Part shown: positions 37,376 through 50,417 of the stretch, piece after piece
How the letters are laid out: each line of letters begins with the position of its first letter
Position numbering within the stretch: position 1 is the first letter of the stretch
DNA from: an uncultured Ectothiorhodospiraceae bacterium
GTDB taxonomy: Bacteria > Pseudomonadota > Gammaproteobacteria > SZUA-152
DNA length: 64,000 nt
Assembly (NCBI GenBank): GCA_964401355.1
Contig: CAYNYJ010000005.1
Span: 4,361 to 68,360, forward strand
Direction: 5' to 3'
Notes under the pieces: model-generated
The model's input: only the letters and a program-made list of their open reading frames with translations
The model's database searches: none
Told to the model about the DNA's origin: nothing
Position numbers and translations under genes: made by a program

Positions 37376-40131
37376 TATTTCCTAGCATAAGAGCACGCGT
37401 ATTTTCCCTGGCCATAATCCCGACAACTGCGGCTTCCTTGATATTTTTTAGTTATTTTGTAACCAAACAAATCAATGACATCGAAACTGCTTTGACCGCC
37501 AAAGGAAACGACGTAGCCAGCCACCTTGCCTCTGCTAGCGAATACGGAATCTTTTCTGGCAATCTAATTTTACTATCACCACTGGTTGATTCTGTTTACA
37601 AAGAAAGCAACGTCGTCTCCATTACCATCACTGACAGCCGTGGAAATCCACTCATACAGCGCTCTGATGACCGTTCAACAATACGCGGAGGATCCCTAAA
37701 AAACACGTACAATAACAACCATCGGATTTTCAGCAAGCCAATAATACAAAATTCCCTAGCGATTAATGATTTCGATGAAACAGAAAAACCTCTGCCGTCC
37801 ATCATTGGCTGGGTTATCGTTGAAATATCCAACGATTTGGCAGAAAAACGTAAACGGGAAGCCACCATTGAAACTTTACTTATCACCCTTTTCATTCTCA
37901 TCAGTAGTATATTCCTTGCCACACGAATCAGCCGTCATATCACCACACCCATCACCATAATTACCAATGCCGTCAAAGAAATTGAATTCGGAAACCTTGA
38001 GGTATCAATCAACACACATTCAACCGGTGAGTTACTGACTCTCGAGCAAGGAATTCGAGGCATGCTTCGCTCTATAAAATCTTCGCAGCAGGATGCCCAA
38101 CAGAAAATAGAACGCGCAACCATTGAGTTGCGCGATTCCCTGGAATTGCTTGAACGAAAAAATATGGACCTCGATGCTACTCGCCAAGAAGCACTTTCTG
38201 CCAGCCAGGCAAAGTCACTTTTTCTGGCAAATATTAGCCACGAAATCAGAACACCAATGAATGGGATTCTAGGTTTTGTAAGACTGCTAAATAATTCTCC
38301 ACTATCAAAAGAGCAACGCGAATACTTACAAACTATCGAACAGTCGGCCCACAATTTATTACGGATTATCAATGATGTTCTTGACCTTTCAAAAATAGAA
38401 GCCGGAAAACTAAAAATAAAAAGTGTAGAGTTCAATTTACGCGAGTGTATCGAAGATGTTGAAATACTGATGTCACCTTCTGCCAAGGACAAAAACTTGG
38501 AACTGGGCGCGCTTTTTTATGACGACACACCTGAAGTCATTATTGGGCCACATGATCGCATCAGACAAGTACTAATAAATTTAATCGGAAATGCGATCAA
38601 ATTTTCTGATCGCGGAACCATTATTGTCCGTGCAATGATTGAATCTCGTAACAATGACGGCGCTATCATCAAACTGTCCGTGAGTGATCAAGGACCGGGA
38701 ATAACAGAAAAAAATCAAAAAACACTGTTCAATTCTTTTACACAGCTGGATGAAAGTGACACGCGGGAATTTGAAGGTGTAGGCTTAGGACTATCTATAT
38801 CAAAATCTCTAGCCACCGCAATGAATGGCGAGATCGGTGTTGAAAGCAGACCGGATGAAGGTTCCATATTCTGGTTCACTTTTAGCTGCAAATTACTCCC
38901 ATACAAGAGCCTAACTGAAGCCCTCCCCTTACCCTTTACAGAAAAATCCATCAGCCTCTATGATGGAAACGAACTTACTCTCCTTTGCAATGCCCATACT
39001 TTTCGAAAACTGGGATTTACTGTACACGAACACACCAGCATTGATGAATTTTGCCATCAATATAGACAAACAACTGATTTTGATCTCTTTGTCCTAAATC
39101 TCGCTGACCATGAATCAAATAATATTCCCTCTGTATTTTCGGATATCGATCACTCCGCTTCTCAAAAATCAATCATCATCGTCAACAATGCCAACTCAAG
39201 AACCCTAAATAATTTTCATCAACAAGGTGCTTATTCGTGGCTGATACGTCCCTTTCGTACCGCAGACTTAATGACCGTCCTGTCCAACATCATGCAACCA
39301 AATGGTGATGCCGATAAAATAGAAATCAGTAATAAAAATGAGTCACTAAAACAACCAACACACCGTAGACTTGATGGGATTTCTATTCTTATCGCTGAAG
39401 ACAACCCAATTAATGCCAAGTTCGTTAGCACCATTCTCCAAAAATCTGGTGCCAACACACTTATTGTTAGCGACGGAACGTCAGTTGTTGATGCATATTC
39501 CAACGGTAAATTCGATATTATCTTGATGGATATCAATATGCCGATAATGAATGGCATTGAGGCAACAAAACATATTCGCACGCTGGAAGAGGCAACCAGC
39601 CATATCCCGATACTGGGATTAACCGCAGTCAGCTACGTAGATGAACAGACTGCATACAAAGATGCCGGCCTTGATGACGTCCTCGAAAAGCCAATAGCCG
39701 TTGATGAGTTATTGCATGAAATTGCATACTGGGTTCATGCTAAAAAGACGCAACCAAGCATACACATAGCCACCAAAAGTAACTCGCATAAAGTAGCCGC
39801 TATAAAGATAAACCCATTATCAAACAAGACCAGTCTCAATCAACTGGGAATTGACGAAAACCTGTCTACCACAATGTACGACATGCTTCTGGCAGAATTA
39901 CCCAATACCCGAAAAATACTCTCTGCGGCCTATGCGAAAAACGACTGGGCACATCTTAGGAATGAAATACATCGTTTTTTGGGCGGTTTAAGCTACTGTA
40001 ATGTGCCACAATTACATGATTTAACCACTGTATTTCAACAGAGTCTTAAGTCACAAGATGTATACATGAGCCAAAATTTTGAAGCAATGGTCAATGAAAT
40101 AGACCTTCTTATTATCACTACAAAAACGTAA
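37372..40131 (+). CDS. hybrid sensor histidine kinase / response regulator with C-terminal Hpt
   Basis: TM and HAMP regions, HisKA (FLANISHEIRTPMNGI), HATPase, a REC domain (ILIAEDNPINAKF...ILMDINMP) and Hpt. Confidence 0.8.
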   Translation: MIFPSIRARVFSLAIIPTTAASLIFFSYFVTKQINDIETALTAKGNDVASHLASASEYGIFSGNLILLSPLVDSVYKESNVVSITITDSRGNPLIQRSDDRSTIRGGSLKNTYNNNHRIFSKPIIQNSLAINDFDETEKPLPSIIGWVIVEISNDLAEKRKREATIETLLITLFILISSIFLATRISRHITTPITIITNAVKEIEFGNLEVSINTHSTGELLTLEQGIRGMLRSIKSSQQDAQQKIERATIELRDSLELLERKNMDLDATRQEALSASQAKSLFLANISHEIRTPMNGILGFVRLLNNSPLSKEQREYLQTIEQSAHNLLRIINDVLDLSKIEAGKLKIKSVEFNLRECIEDVEILMSPSAKDKNLELGALFYDDTPEVIIGPHDRIRQVLINLIGNAIKFSDRGTIIVRAMIESRNNDGAIIKLSVSDQGPGITEKNQKTLFNSFTQLDESDTREFEGVGLGLSISKSLATAMNGEIGVESRPDEGSIFWFTFSCKLLPYKSLTEALPLPFTEKSISLYDGNELTLLCNAHTFRKLGFTVHEHTSIDEFCHQYRQTTDFDLFVLNLADHESNNIPSVFSDIDHSASQKSIIIVNNANSRTLNNFHQQGAYSWLIRPFRTADLMTVLSNIMQPNGDADKIEISNKNESLKQPTHRRLDGISILIAEDNPINAKFVSTILQKSGANTLIVSDGTSVVDAYSNGKFDIILMDINMPIMNGIEATKHIRTLEEATSHIPILGLTAVSYVDEQTAYKDAGLDDVLEKPIAVDELLHEIAYWVHAKKTQPSIHIATKSNSHKVAAIKINPLSNKTSLNQLGIDENLSTTMYDMLLAELPNTRKILSAAYAKNDWAHLRNEIHRFLGGLSYCNVPQLHDLTTVFQQSLKSQDVYMSQNFEAMVNEIDLLIITTKT

Positions 40132-40134
40132 TTT

Positions 40135-41019
40135 TTACTCCGTCGGTAAACATACGCCGCGTAAATACTGCATAAACTCTTTTTTCAATGCGGGATGTTT
40201 GAGCGCGTATTCAACTGTCGCTGTCAAATAACCTAATTTGCTACCACAGTCATAACGCTTTCCTTCAAACTCATAAGCCAGCACGTCTTCTTCATGCAGC
40301 AACTGTGCGATCGCATCTGTCAATTGAATTTCCCCGCCCGCACCTGTACCCGTGTTTTCCAGTATTTCAAATATCCGTGGAGATAAAATATAACGACCCA
40401 CCACAGCCAGATTAGAGGGTGCCACTTCTGGTTTCGGTTTTTCAACTATCTGTTGAATTTTTCCAATATGCCCTGTGAGCATATCTGCTTTTACTACACC
40501 GTATTTCTCGGTATCTTCTTTATTAATTTTTTCGACACCCAAAAGACTGCATTGATGGTCACGATGCAAGGCTATCATTTGAGACAAACAACCTGCGTTA
40601 CCATCGTCAATCAAGTCATCGGCCAAAATTACAGCAAAAGGATTGTCACCCACCACATTCTTTGCGCATAACACCGCATGGCCCAGCCCCAGTGCTTCCG
40701 GTTGCCTAATATAAACACAACTCACTCCTTTTGGCAGAATGTCCTTGACGATAGCCAACAACTCATCTTTGCCACGGGCTGCTAACACGCTTTCAAGCTC
40801 AAAGTTGCGGTCGAAATGATCTTCAATGGCACGCTTACTACTGCTCGTGACAAAAACAAGTTCAGTGATACCAGCGGCAATCGCTTCCTCTGCTGCATAC
40901 TGGATCAGTGGTTTATCGACGATCGGTAACATCTCTTTGGGATTTGCTTTAGTCGCCGGAAGAAAACGTGTCCCGAGGCCGGCTACCGGAAAAACAGCGG
41001 TCTTAATTGTCTGCGTCAT
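40135..41019 (-). CDS. galU: UTP--glucose-1-phosphate uridylyltransferase
   Basis: [34 protein letters not shown]. Confidence 0.9.
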   Translation of the reverse strand: MTQTIKTAVFPVAGLGTRFLPATKANPKEMLPIVDKPLIQYAAEEAIAAGITELVFVTSSSKRAIEDHFDRNFELESVLAARGKDELLAIVKDILPKGVSCVYIRQPEALGLGHAVLCAKNVVGDNPFAVILADDLIDDGNAGCLSQMIALHRDHQCSLLGVEKINKEDTEKYGVVKADMLTGHIGKIQQIVEKPKPEVAPSNLAVVGRYILSPRIFEILENTGTGAGGEIQLTDAIAQLLHEEDVLAYEFEGKRYDCGSKLGYLTATVEYALKHPALKKEFMQYLRGVCLPTE

Positions 41020-41114
41020 AACGAAGTACTATCCTTTTGATGTAATTTTCAATATACCCGCGTACCGCGATCCTAGGTTAACTGTGCGCACAACATCTAC
41101 CATAAAATAATCAA

Positions 41115-41143
41115 TAAAAAAGGGGCCAATAGCCCCTTTTTTA
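41115..41143. terminator. bidirectional intrinsic terminator (AAAAAAGGGGCCAATAGCCCCTTTTTT)
   Basis: A GC hairpin flanked by an A-run and a T-run, immediately 3' of pnp. Confidence 0.6.
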
Positions 41144-41170
41144 TTGTCGGACAACATACCACTATCCGGT

Positions 41171-43273
41171 TTATTCCGCATCCACCGCTTTCATGCTAAG
41201 ACGAATACGGCCCTGCTTGTCAATTTCCAGCACCTTGACCTTGATGATGTCACCTTCGGTCAATTTGTCACTGACATTTTCCACACGCTCTTCCGAAATT
41301 TGGGAGATATGCACTAGGCCATCTTTGCCTGGCAAGATCGTCACAAAGGCACCGAAATCCATTAGCTTGGCAACCTTGCCTTCATAGATCACACCCACTT
41401 CAACATCGGCGGTAATCTGTTCGATCAGTTTCAAGGCCTGCTCACCCGCCGCGCTGTCAACTGAAGAAATCTTGATAGTGCCATCATCTTCAATGTCGAT
41501 ACCGGCTCCCGTCTGTTCGGTAATGGAACGAATCGTCGCACCACCTTTACCGATAACGTCACGAATTTTATCCGGATGAATTTTGATGGTGAGATAACGC
41601 GGTGCAAATTCAGACATTTCACTGCGTGTTTCCGCGAGGACTTTATTCATTTCACCGAGGATGAACATGCGTCCCTCGGTGGCCTGGCTTAACGCCTGTT
41701 TCATAATCTCGTGCGTGATGCCGGTGATCTTGATATCCATTTGCAAAGCGGTAACACCCGCCGCTGTACCGGCCACTTTGAAATCCATGTCGCCCAAATG
41801 ATCTTCGTCACCGAGAATGTCAGACAACACCGCATAGCGATCATCATCTTTGATCAGACCCATGGCGATACCGGCCACCGGCGCCTTCAAAGGCACACCA
41901 GCATCCATCATTGACAGACTGGATCCACATACTGACGCCATGGAACTGGAACCGTTGGATTCCGTGATTTCAGACACCACGCGAATCGAATAGGGGAAAT
42001 CTTCGGTGCTCGGCATTACCGCTGCCACGCCACGTTTCGCCAATCGACCGTGGCCAATTTCACGACGCTTGGGGCTGCCGACAAAACCGGTCTCACCCAC
42101 GCAGTATGGGGGGAAGTTGTAATGCAACATGAAGTGTTCTTTACGTTCACCTTCGATAGCGTCGATCAACTGCGCATCACGAGCGGTGCCCAGCGTCGTC
42201 ACCACGATGGCTTGAGTCTCGCCACGGGTAAACAGTGCGGAACCGTGTGTCCGTGGCAGAATGCCCACTTTCACCTCGATGGGACGCACGGTACGTGTAT
42301 CACGGCCATCAATACGACGCTCACCGGCCAATACACGGCCACGCACAATGGATTTTTCCAGCTTACCAATCGCTTCTTTCACATCGGCAATGGCATACGT
42401 GGATTCATCGCCTTCCGGACAAAGCTGAGCAACGATGCTGGAGCGAATGCCGCCCAATTCATCATAGCGCGCTTGTTTATCACTGATCTGATAAGCCGTA
42501 GTCAATGTGGTTTCGCCCGCAGTTTTCACCGCAGCAACCAACGCCTCATCGCTTTCAGGTGCCGTCCAGTCCCAAGCCACCGTACCCGCCTCGGCAACCA
42601 ATTCATTAATTGTAGTAATCACCGTTTGTAGTTGTTCGTGACCGTAAGCCACCGCACCCAGCATCACTTCTTCGGATAACTCTTGCGCTTCGGACTCCAC
42701 CATCAACACGGCATCGGCAGTACCAGCAACCACTAAGTCCAGTTGCGAAGTTTCCAGTGCAGCTTTGGGAGGATTCAAGAGGTACTGGCCATCGGCATAA
42801 CCCACGCGAGCACAACCTATCGGGCCGGCAAAAGGAACACCCGATAAGCTGACCGCGGCAGAGGCTCCAATCATCGCCGCGATATCCGGATCAATTTCCG
42901 GATCCAGTGACATCACCGTCGCAATGACCTGTACTTCATTCACAAAACCCTTGGGGAACAACGGTCGCAATGGACGATCGATCAAGCGGCTGGTCAGCGT
43001 TTCTTTTTCGCTGGGGCGTCCTTCACGCTTGAAAAAACCGCCCGGAATTTTACCCGCCGCATAAGTCCGTTCCTGATAATTGACCGTCAGCGGAAAAAAG
43101 TCCCGACCGGGTTCAGCCTTTTTTCGTGCAACACAGGTCACAAACACGGAGGTATCACCCATGCTCACCATTACTGCTCCACCGGCTTGACGTGCGATTT
43201 CGCCCGTTTCAAGGGTTAAGGTATGATCGCCAAATTGTACGACTTTTTTAATAGCCATGTTTTTAGTAGCCAT
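41171..43273 (-). CDS. pnp: polynucleotide phosphorylase
   Basis: 700 aa with near-complete alignment to E. coli PNPase. The alternative Met at 43258 is possible. Confidence 0.9.
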   Translation of the reverse strand: MATKNMAIKKVVQFGDHTLTLETGEIARQAGGAVMVSMGDTSVFVTCVARKKAEPGRDFFPLTVNYQERTYAAGKIPGGFFKREGRPSEKETLTSRLIDRPLRPLFPKGFVNEVQVIATVMSLDPEIDPDIAAMIGASAAVSLSGVPFAGPIGCARVGYADGQYLLNPPKAALETSQLDLVVAGTADAVLMVESEAQELSEEVMLGAVAYGHEQLQTVITTINELVAEAGTVAWDWTAPESDEALVAAVKTAGETTLTTAYQISDKQARYDELGGIRSSIVAQLCPEGDESTYAIADVKEAIGKLEKSIVRGRVLAGERRIDGRDTRTVRPIEVKVGILPRTHGSALFTRGETQAIVVTTLGTARDAQLIDAIEGERKEHFMLHYNFPPYCVGETGFVGSPKRREIGHGRLAKRGVAAVMPSTEDFPYSIRVVSEITESNGSSSMASVCGSSLSMMDAGVPLKAPVAGIAMGLIKDDDRYAVLSDILGDEDHLGDMDFKVAGTAAGVTALQMDIKITGITHEIMKQALSQATEGRMFILGEMNKVLAETRSEMSEFAPRYLTIKIHPDKIRDVIGKGGATIRSITEQTGAGIDIEDDGTIKISSVDSAAGEQALKLIEQITADVEVGVIYEGKVAKLMDFGAFVTILPGKDGLVHISQISEERVENVSDKLTEGDIIKVKVLEIDKQGRIRLSMKAVDAE

Positions 43274-43440
43274 GGTCGAGTGGGTTCCTTAAGAGTTATT
43301 GCGTTTTTTATCAGGAATTTATGAGCAGCCTTTATCACTACCCACAAAACAGTGCGTGCAGTCGATACCAAAGCCGGAACCCACGCATATGACGTTCATT
43401 TGAAAGTACACATGTGTGAATTCTGCAAGCATTGAATCGA

Positions 43441-43710
43441 TTAACGGCGCAGACCAAGGCTAGAAATCAGCTCGCGATAACGCGCCGAATTCTTTTTCTT
43501 GAGGTAGTCCAGCAATTTACGACGACGACTCACCATGCGCAGCAAACCCTGGCGCGAATGATGATCATGAATATGAGATTTGAAATGACCCGACAGATCA
43601 TTGATTCGCGCCGTTAACAGGGCGACTTGAACTTCCGGGGAACCCGTATCGGTTTCATCACGGGCATGACTTTTAACAATTTCTTGTTTCTGTGCAGCAT
43701 CTAAAGACAT
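43441..43710 (-). CDS. rpsO: 30S ribosomal protein S15
   Basis: 89 aa. Confidence 0.9.
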   Translation of the reverse strand: MSLDAAQKQEIVKSHARDETDTGSPEVQVALLTARINDLSGHFKSHIHDHHSRQGLLRMVSRRRKLLDYLKKKNSARYRELISSLGLRR

Positions 43711-43885
43711 GAGTGCCTCCTAGTAAATGTATAAAATAAATAGTAAATGTATAAAATAAATTGTCGTTCACAGGCCGGCTACTAGGTCCAGCACAATGAG
43801 CGTGCGCGATTCTACCCCATTCCTCGTAAATTCACCATGTTAATGGTCTTTTCTGAGGTATTTACTTGATTTGATGGGTGTTGCT

Positions 43886-44806
43886 TCATGAACTACTCAG
43901 CAGCCGTTTGGGCGCCACTCTGCCGTCATCCAGCACCGTGCCCAACCCCAGAAAACGCTTGTCGCCTGCATACAGACGCACCCATCCACGATCCTTAAGT
44001 TGAGGCACAAATACTGGCTGCCCCTGACACAGATAAAAGCTGGCATCTTCTGACAGGCAAACTTCCGGCCAATCTGGCAGGGCCGACTCCATAGGCAAAA
44101 GTAGCTCATCTAACGCCGAAGGGCCGGACTGCTCGACAATGGCCTCGAGTGACTCAAGACTGTGCATGACATGGTTGTCCAAAGCACCCACACCGGTACG
44201 GCGCAGCGTAATAATATGTGCGCCACAACTCAGTGCCTCGCCGATTTCCTCGGCCAGAACGCGAATATACGTACCCTTGGAGGATCGCACCGCGATCTCC
44301 AGTTCATCACCTGTCAGCTGCAACAATTCTAGGGAATGTATCGTTATCTCGCGTGGTTTGCGTTCGACTTCGATACCTTGATGGGCAAGTTTGTAGAGCG
44401 GTTGGCCATTTTGTTTAATCGCCGAATGCATTGGCGGGGTTTGCAAGATTTTCCCCAGAAAACTCTCCAGCACCTCACGGACTCGCGATTCTGTCACCGC
44501 AATCACCGGCCGGGTGCGCATCACATTACCATCCGCATCGCCGCTGTTGGTGGTCTGTCCCAGTTTCAGGGTCGCCTGATATTCCTTATCTGCCGACAAC
44601 AAAAAACCGGAAATTTTAGTGGCTTCGCCCAGACAAATGGGCAGCATCCCGGTCGCCAATGGATCCAGACTACCGGTGTGCCCGGCCTTGTTGGCGTTAA
44701 AGAGTCGCTTGACCCTTTGCAAAGCAGCGTTGGAGGTAATACCAACGGGTTTGTCCAACAACAAGACACCATTCACCTGTCGGCCACGGTTACGTCTTCG
44801 CGCCAC
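43886..44806 (-). CDS. truB: tRNA pseudouridine-55 synthase
   Basis: The GHTGSLDPLATGMLPICLGEATK core is present. The ORF track extends to 44923, but a GTG at 44806 gives an E. coli-like N-terminus (VARRRNRGRQVNGVLLLDKP). Confidence 0.75.
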   Translation of the reverse strand: MARRRNRGRQVNGVLLLDKPVGITSNAALQRVKRLFNANKAGHTGSLDPLATGMLPICLGEATKISGFLLSADKEYQATLKLGQTTNSGDADGNVMRTRPVIAVTESRVREVLESFLGKILQTPPMHSAIKQNGQPLYKLAHQGIEVERKPREITIHSLELLQLTGDELEIAVRSSKGTYIRVLAEEIGEALSCGAHIITLRRTGVGALDNHVMHSLESLEAIVEQSGPSALDELLLPMESALPDWPEVCLSEDASFYLCQGQPVFVPQLKDRGWVRLYAGDKRFLGLGTVLDDGRVAPKRLLSSS

Positions 44807-44873
44807 GTTAATACTCCAATCGTTGTAAGAATGCGTTGTTAAGAATGCGTTAGTAAAAAATAGTGTACGAAGT

Positions 44874-45311
44874 TTACTGCGGTTTGGGTTCGCTATCGTC
44901 GGTATCGCGGCTTTTAGCATCACTGGATGTTGCGCTATTGATTAAATCCGTCAGACGATTGCCATGTTCCATCGACGAATCATAAATAAAAATCAGCTGG
45001 GGGGTGGTGCGTATTTTGAGGCGACGCGACAGCGCAGTGCGCAGATAACCTGCGGCCTTATTCAGCACTTTGGCGGTAATCTTGGCCTGTTCATTTTCGA
45101 CCGGCTCCTGATCGGGATGAGCTTTCTTCCCCAAAGAATCACCCAGAACCGTAAAATAAATTCGCGCGCGTTCAAATTCATGAGTCACGTTCACACCAGT
45201 GATCGTCACCATGCCCACTCGCGGATCACCCAATTCCATTTGGATGAGCTCGGCCATATGACGCTGAATTTGATCCGCGACTCTGCGCGTACGACTAAAT
45301 TCTTTCGCCAT
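44874..45311 (-). CDS. rbfA: ribosome-binding factor A
   Basis: The preferred start MAKEFSRTRRVA matches E. coli RbfA. Confidence 0.85.
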   Translation of the reverse strand: MAKEFSRTRRVADQIQRHMAELIQMELGDPRVGMVTITGVNVTHEFERARIYFTVLGDSLGKKAHPDQEPVENEQAKITAKVLNKAAGYLRTALSRRLKIRTTPQLIFIYDSSMEHGNRLTDLINSATSSDAKSRDTDDSEPKPQ

Positions 45312-45373
45312 ATTCGTCACTCCTGCTCATCGTGCCTGCCAACCGTTTTCCATACTCACCGCGATCCGCCACG

Positions 45374-47890
45374 TTACAGCGAGCGTTTGACTTCCACTTG
45401 CTCAAAGACTTCAATCTGATCGCCCGCTTGAATATCATTGTAGTTCTTCACGCCGATACCGCATTCTGTGCCCGAACGCACTTCCGGCACATCGTCTTTA
45501 AAGCGGCGCAGTGATTCCAGCTCGCCTTCGTAAATCACCACATTGTCACGCAACACACGAATCGGATTGCTGCGTTTCACCGTGCCCTCGATCACCATGC
45601 AACCGGCGATAGCGCCCAACTTGGGTGAGCGGAACACATCACGCACTTCGGCCAGACCCACAATCTGTTCCTTGAACTCGGGGGCCAACATGCCACTGAG
45701 TGAATTTTTCACTTCGTCGATGGCATCATAAATTACGCTGTAATAATGCAGATCAATACCTTCTTCTTCGATAAGACGTTTAGAAGAGGCATCTGCCCGC
45801 ACATTAAAACCGATCATCACCGCAGAGGAGGCCACCGCAAGGTTGACGTCCGACTCGTTGATACCACCTACGCCGCTGGCGACAACTTTCACACGAACTT
45901 CGTCGGTTGACAAATTCGTCAGGGAATCGCCCAAAGCCTCAACCGAACCTTGCACGTCTGCCTTCAGAACCACATTAAGGGTACTGACCTCACCCTCTTC
46001 CATTTGCGAGAACATGTTTTCCAATTTGGCTTTTTGCTGACGCGCCATTTTCACATCGCGGAACTTGCCCTGACGGAACAATGCCACTTCACGCGCCTTG
46101 CGTTCATCGGACACCACCAGCACATCATCACCGGCACTGGGCGCACCTGATAAACCTAACACTTCCACCGGAATAGACGGGCCCGCCTCGGCGGTGTTTT
46201 TTCCATCCTCATCCAGCAAGGCACGCACACGTCCGTATTCCTGACCTGCAAGAACAATATCGCCCTTGCGCAAAGTACCACTCTGCACCAACACCGTCGC
46301 CACCACGCCACGCCCCTTATCAAGACGAGACTCGATCACGACGCCCTTCGCAGGCCCATCTTTAACGGCCTTAAGCTCGAGCAGTTCTGCCTGCAAGGAA
46401 ATAGCTTCCAGCAGCTGATCGATACCTTCACCAGTGTGGGCAGAGACGTGGATGAACTGAGTATCACCACCCCAGTCATCCGGCACCACTTCCGCAGCCA
46501 CTAATTCCTGTTTGACGCGATCCGGCTGAGCATCTTCTTTATCAATTTTATTGACCGCAACAATCATCGGAACGTCAGCGGCCTTGGCGTGCTGAATCGC
46601 TTCCTGTGTTTGTGGCATAACGCCATCGTCGGCGGCAACGACCAACACCACGATATCGGTCGCCTTGGCACCACGCGCACGCATCGCGGTAAATGCCGCA
46701 TGTCCCGGCGTATCGAGGAAAGTAATCGGACCGGCAGCCGTTTTCACATGGTAGGCACCGATGTGTTGGGTAATGCCACCGGCCTCACCCGCAGCCACTT
46801 TGGCCTTGCGAATGTAATCCAGCAGCGAGGTTTTACCGTGGTCAACGTGACCCATAATGGTCACAGCCGGTGCGCGCGTAAGCTGCTCGCCTTCATCCTG
46901 CGTGGTTTCAACAAGGCTTTGCTCGATGGCATCATCGCTGACCAATACCACCTTATGTCCCATTTCTTCCACAATGATGCTCGCCGTCTCTTGATCCAGC
47001 ACCTGGTTGATGGTCACCATACTGCCCATGCCCATCATCACTTTAATCACTTCGGCGGCCTTGACGGCCATTTTTTGCGCCAATTCACCGACCGTGATGG
47101 TTTCCGGAATAGAAACGTCACGCACCACCGGCACCACTGGTTTTTCAAACCCATGCTCGGTCGGTGCTGAAGAAACCGCGCCACGGCCACCGCGAGGTTT
47201 TTTCTTGCGGCGCCCAGATTTGCCTGCCGTAACATGCAATTCTTTGCGGCCATATTTTGTCGACGATTTCTCTTTTTTGTCTGTGCGCTCACGCTTAACG
47301 CCACGTTTATCCGAGGCTTTTTCCTCACTCGGTTTCGTGGGCGTTGTTGCCGTCTGTGCTGCGGCAATCGTCGCCTCTTTCAAGCGTACTTCTTCTTCCA
47401 GTTTTTTAGCTTCTACTGCAGCCTTGCGATCAAGATCTTCTTTCTCTTTCGCCTCTATAACTTCCGTTCGCCGTTGACGTTCGACTTCCGCCAGTTTTTC
47501 TTCATCTATACGAGTCTGGGCAATTTTGTCGGTTTCAGCTTTCAAGCGATCCGCTTCTTCCGAAACAACCTCACTACGTTTCACGTAAGTACGTTTTTTA
47601 CGCACTTCCACATTGACCGTTTTTCCACGAGTCGCGGTACGCCCTGAGCCGCCAGGCTGTTTCAATTCAGTCACCATCTTACGGCGCAGAGTGATCTTTT
47701 TTGGTTCATTAGCCTTTACTTCGCCACCGTGCGTGTCTCGAAGAAAATCCAGCAATTTCATTTTTTCTTCATCGCTAACAGTCTGCTCGCCGTCTTTAAA
47801 AGACATGCCCGCCTTATCCAACTGACCCAGCAACCGATCCACCGTGACACTCAGAACCTCGGCTAATTGTTTTACGCTTACGCCTGACAT
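45374..47890 (-). CDS. infB: translation initiation factor IF-2
   Basis: Preferred start [12 protein letters not shown] (47890). The G-domain [11 protein letters not shown] is present and the C-terminus aligns to E. coli IF2. Confidence 0.9.
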   Translation of the reverse strand: MSGVSVKQLAEVLSVTVDRLLGQLDKAGMSFKDGEQTVSDEEKMKLLDFLRDTHGGEVKANEPKKITLRRKMVTELKQPGGSGRTATRGKTVNVEVRKKRTYVKRSEVVSEEADRLKAETDKIAQTRIDEEKLAEVERQRRTEVIEAKEKEDLDRKAAVEAKKLEEEVRLKEATIAAAQTATTPTKPSEEKASDKRGVKRERTDKKEKSSTKYGRKELHVTAGKSGRRKKKPRGGRGAVSSAPTEHGFEKPVVPVVRDVSIPETITVGELAQKMAVKAAEVIKVMMGMGSMVTINQVLDQETASIIVEEMGHKVVLVSDDAIEQSLVETTQDEGEQLTRAPAVTIMGHVDHGKTSLLDYIRKAKVAAGEAGGITQHIGAYHVKTAAGPITFLDTPGHAAFTAMRARGAKATDIVVLVVAADDGVMPQTQEAIQHAKAADVPMIVAVNKIDKEDAQPDRVKQELVAAEVVPDDWGGDTQFIHVSAHTGEGIDQLLEAISLQAELLELKAVKDGPAKGVVIESRLDKGRGVVATVLVQSGTLRKGDIVLAGQEYGRVRALLDEDGKNTAEAGPSIPVEVLGLSGAPSAGDDVLVVSDERKAREVALFRQGKFRDVKMARQQKAKLENMFSQMEEGEVSTLNVVLKADVQGSVEALGDSLTNLSTDEVRVKVVASGVGGINESDVNLAVASSAVMIGFNVRADASSKRLIEEEGIDLHYYSVIYDAIDEVKNSLSGMLAPEFKEQIVGLAEVRDVFRSPKLGAIAGCMVIEGTVKRSNPIRVLRDNVVIYEGELESLRRFKDDVPEVRSGTECGIGVKNYNDIQAGDQIEVFEQVEVKRSL

Positions 47891-47906
47891 AACTTCCCCC
47901 AATACC

Positions 47907-49424
47907 TTAACCCTGTTGCTCGCCAGTGGTCTCATCAGCAAACCAAGGCGCTCGCGCGGTCATGATCAGCTTACCTGCCCGTTCTTCATCCATCTCTTCA
48001 ATATCCATCAACTCATCGACCGACTGTTCAGCCAGGTCTTCCATGGTAATCACATCGCGACTGGCCAATACATAGGCCAGATGCTGATCCATACCTTCCA
48101 TCGTCAACAAGTCTTCTGCTGGTTTCTTCTCTTCCAGCACTTCTTCCTGCACCAAGGCCTTGGTTAACAACACATCCTTGGAGCGATTCCGTAATTCCAT
48201 CACGATGTCTTCATCAAATTCTTCAATAGCCATCATTTCTTCCAACGGCACATAGGCGATTTCTTCGATGCTGGTGAAACCTTCCTGCACCAGAATATTG
48301 GCAAATTCTTCGTCTACGTCCAGTTGCGCCATAAACAATTGCTGGGCAACCTGACTTTCCTGGTCACCTTTTTCGGCCAATTGCACGTCCGACATCACGT
48401 TAATCGTCCAGCCGGTCAACTCACTGGCCAGGCGTACATTTTGCCCACCGCGACCAATCGCCTGTGACAACTGCTCTTCCTCCACAGCAATATCCATGCT
48501 GTGTTTTTCTTCGTCCACCACAATCGACACCACTTCCGCAGGGGACATAGAGTTAATCACAAACTGCGCGGGATTCTCATCCCAAAGGATAATATCGACA
48601 CGTTCGTCGGCAAGTTCGTTGGATACCGCACGCACTCGTGAACCGCGCATACCCACGCAGGCACCCACAGGATCGATACGCGGATCATTGGATTTCACCG
48701 CGATCTTCGCCCGCGAACCGGGGTCACGCGCCGCGCCCAAAATATCAATCAAGCCCTCGCCCACTTCGGGAATTTCCAACTTGAATAATTCGATCAGCAA
48801 TTCCGGTGCAGTACGACTGACAAACAATTGCGGACCGCGCATTTCGGAACGAACATCTTGTAAATAACCCCGTAAACGATCTCCCGGGCGCACCGCTTCG
48901 CGAGGGATCATCGAATCGCGAGTCACCAGTGCTTCAACATTTTCGCCTAAATCAAGAATCAGATTGCCCTTGTCAAGACGCTTCACTACGCCCATGACCA
49001 ACTCGCCAATGCGACCCTGGAACGTCTCAACCACACGCGCACGCTCTGCGTCACGCACTTTTTGCACGATGACCTGTTTCGCAGCCTGTGCGGCAATACG
49101 ACCAAATTTAGCGCACGTCATAGGCTCTTCGATGAACTCACCCGCTTTGATGTCGGGGTTCTTTTTCAGCGCATAAGTCAGTTTGATCTGAGTATCGGGA
49201 TCTTCGAAATCTTCAGAATCATCTTCAAACACTTCCCAGGTACGGAAGGTCTCGTACTCCCCCGTATCACGGTCGATAGTGACGCGCACACTGATATCGG
49301 CACTGCTTAATTTTTTACTGGCGGTGGCCAACGCAGCTTCAATGGCACCAAATATTGTTTCCCTGTCGAGTCCTTTTTCATTCGACACGGCATCCACAAC
49401 CATCAATATTTCTTTGTTGTTCAT
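47907..49424 (-). CDS. nusA: transcription termination/antitermination factor NusA
   Basis: The preferred start [19 protein letters not shown] matches E. coli NusA. Confidence 0.9.
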   Translation of the reverse strand: MNNKEILMVVDAVSNEKGLDRETIFGAIEAALATASKKLSSADISVRVTIDRDTGEYETFRTWEVFEDDSEDFEDPDTQIKLTYALKKNPDIKAGEFIEEPMTCAKFGRIAAQAAKQVIVQKVRDAERARVVETFQGRIGELVMGVVKRLDKGNLILDLGENVEALVTRDSMIPREAVRPGDRLRGYLQDVRSEMRGPQLFVSRTAPELLIELFKLEIPEVGEGLIDILGAARDPGSRAKIAVKSNDPRIDPVGACVGMRGSRVRAVSNELADERVDIILWDENPAQFVINSMSPAEVVSIVVDEEKHSMDIAVEEEQLSQAIGRGGQNVRLASELTGWTINVMSDVQLAEKGDQESQVAQQLFMAQLDVDEEFANILVQEGFTSIEEIAYVPLEEMMAIEEFDEDIVMELRNRSKDVLLTKALVQEEVLEEKKPAEDLLTMEGMDQHLAYVLASRDVITMEDLAEQSVDELMDIEEMDEERAGKLIMTARAPWFADETTGEQQG

Positions 49425-49604
49425 AGCTATCGGCCTCACCATACCCTTGGCATGCCCTTGGTTTATCCCTGGGCGTTTTAAATACTATATTAATCTATCG
49501 TTACTCAAACTTGTTGCTATAACGCTGCCACTTATTTGAACGGCAACGCACCAGATTCAGCTCGCAAAAACTAAACCTCGCGCTCAGGCATCAAAACCCA
49601 AGCA

Positions 49605-50060
49605 TCAAAATTCTGATATCAAATTCGCTTTATCAATGGCGTTCAAGCTCAACACCAATTCGCTCTCACCGATGTTTACAATCACCTGGCCGTCTTCGAC
49701 GCCTTGCAAAACACCCTTAAATTTACGCCGTCCTTCAATCGGCGACATCAATGTCAGTTTAGCCTTATGACCGATAAAGCGCTCAAAATGCGCCAACGTG
49801 TACAACGGCCGATCAAGGCCTGGAGATGATACTTCCAGTTGATACTGCTCCTTAATAACATCTTCTACATCCAGCACACCGCTCAACTGGTGACTGACAC
49901 GCTGACAATCTTTCACATCGATGCCGTCCTCTTTATCAATGTAAATACGCAGCAAGCTGCGTTTACCCTGTCGGGCATATTCAATACCAACCAACTCGCA
50001 CCCCAATGATTCAACCACCGGTGCGATAACAGACAATATGTGGTCCGGTACTTGTCGCAA
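49605..50060 (-). CDS. rimP: ribosome maturation factor RimP
   Basis: TTG start. APVVESLGCELVGIEY matches RimP. It sits between metY and nusA. Confidence 0.8.
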   Translation of the reverse strand: MRQVPDHILSVIAPVVESLGCELVGIEYARQGKRSLLRIYIDKEDGIDVKDCQRVSHQLSGVLDVEDVIKEQYQLEVSSPGLDRPLYTLAHFERFIGHKAKLTLMSPIEGRRKFKGVLQGVEDGQVIVNIGESELVLSLNAIDKANLISEF

Positions 50061-50417
50061 ACTCTATAACCCCACGAAAAAAGCGTAACCTCGCTTTTTC
50101 AAAAATGACTTTTCATAAAACCGCTTTCTTTAAAACCAAAAAAAGGGCCCAAGGCCCACCCGTCACATCAACGACTTTTACACGCCAATTAATTATAGCG
50201 CCGGACGACCTACACACCAAGGCATGTCAGCAGCTTATACGATTCCCAAATTCGCTACAGCAAGAATCCCGCTCGTTCGCGTGTTGATCAAAATAAAGCT
50301 AAAAAAAAACCACGAAAGTCGTGGCCTTGGCAAGACTCAATCAACATATTTGATCCAGAATTGCTGGTTCCCTGCGGAACCGTTCAACTTTCTTTGATAC
50401 CCAACACGACATTCGTC

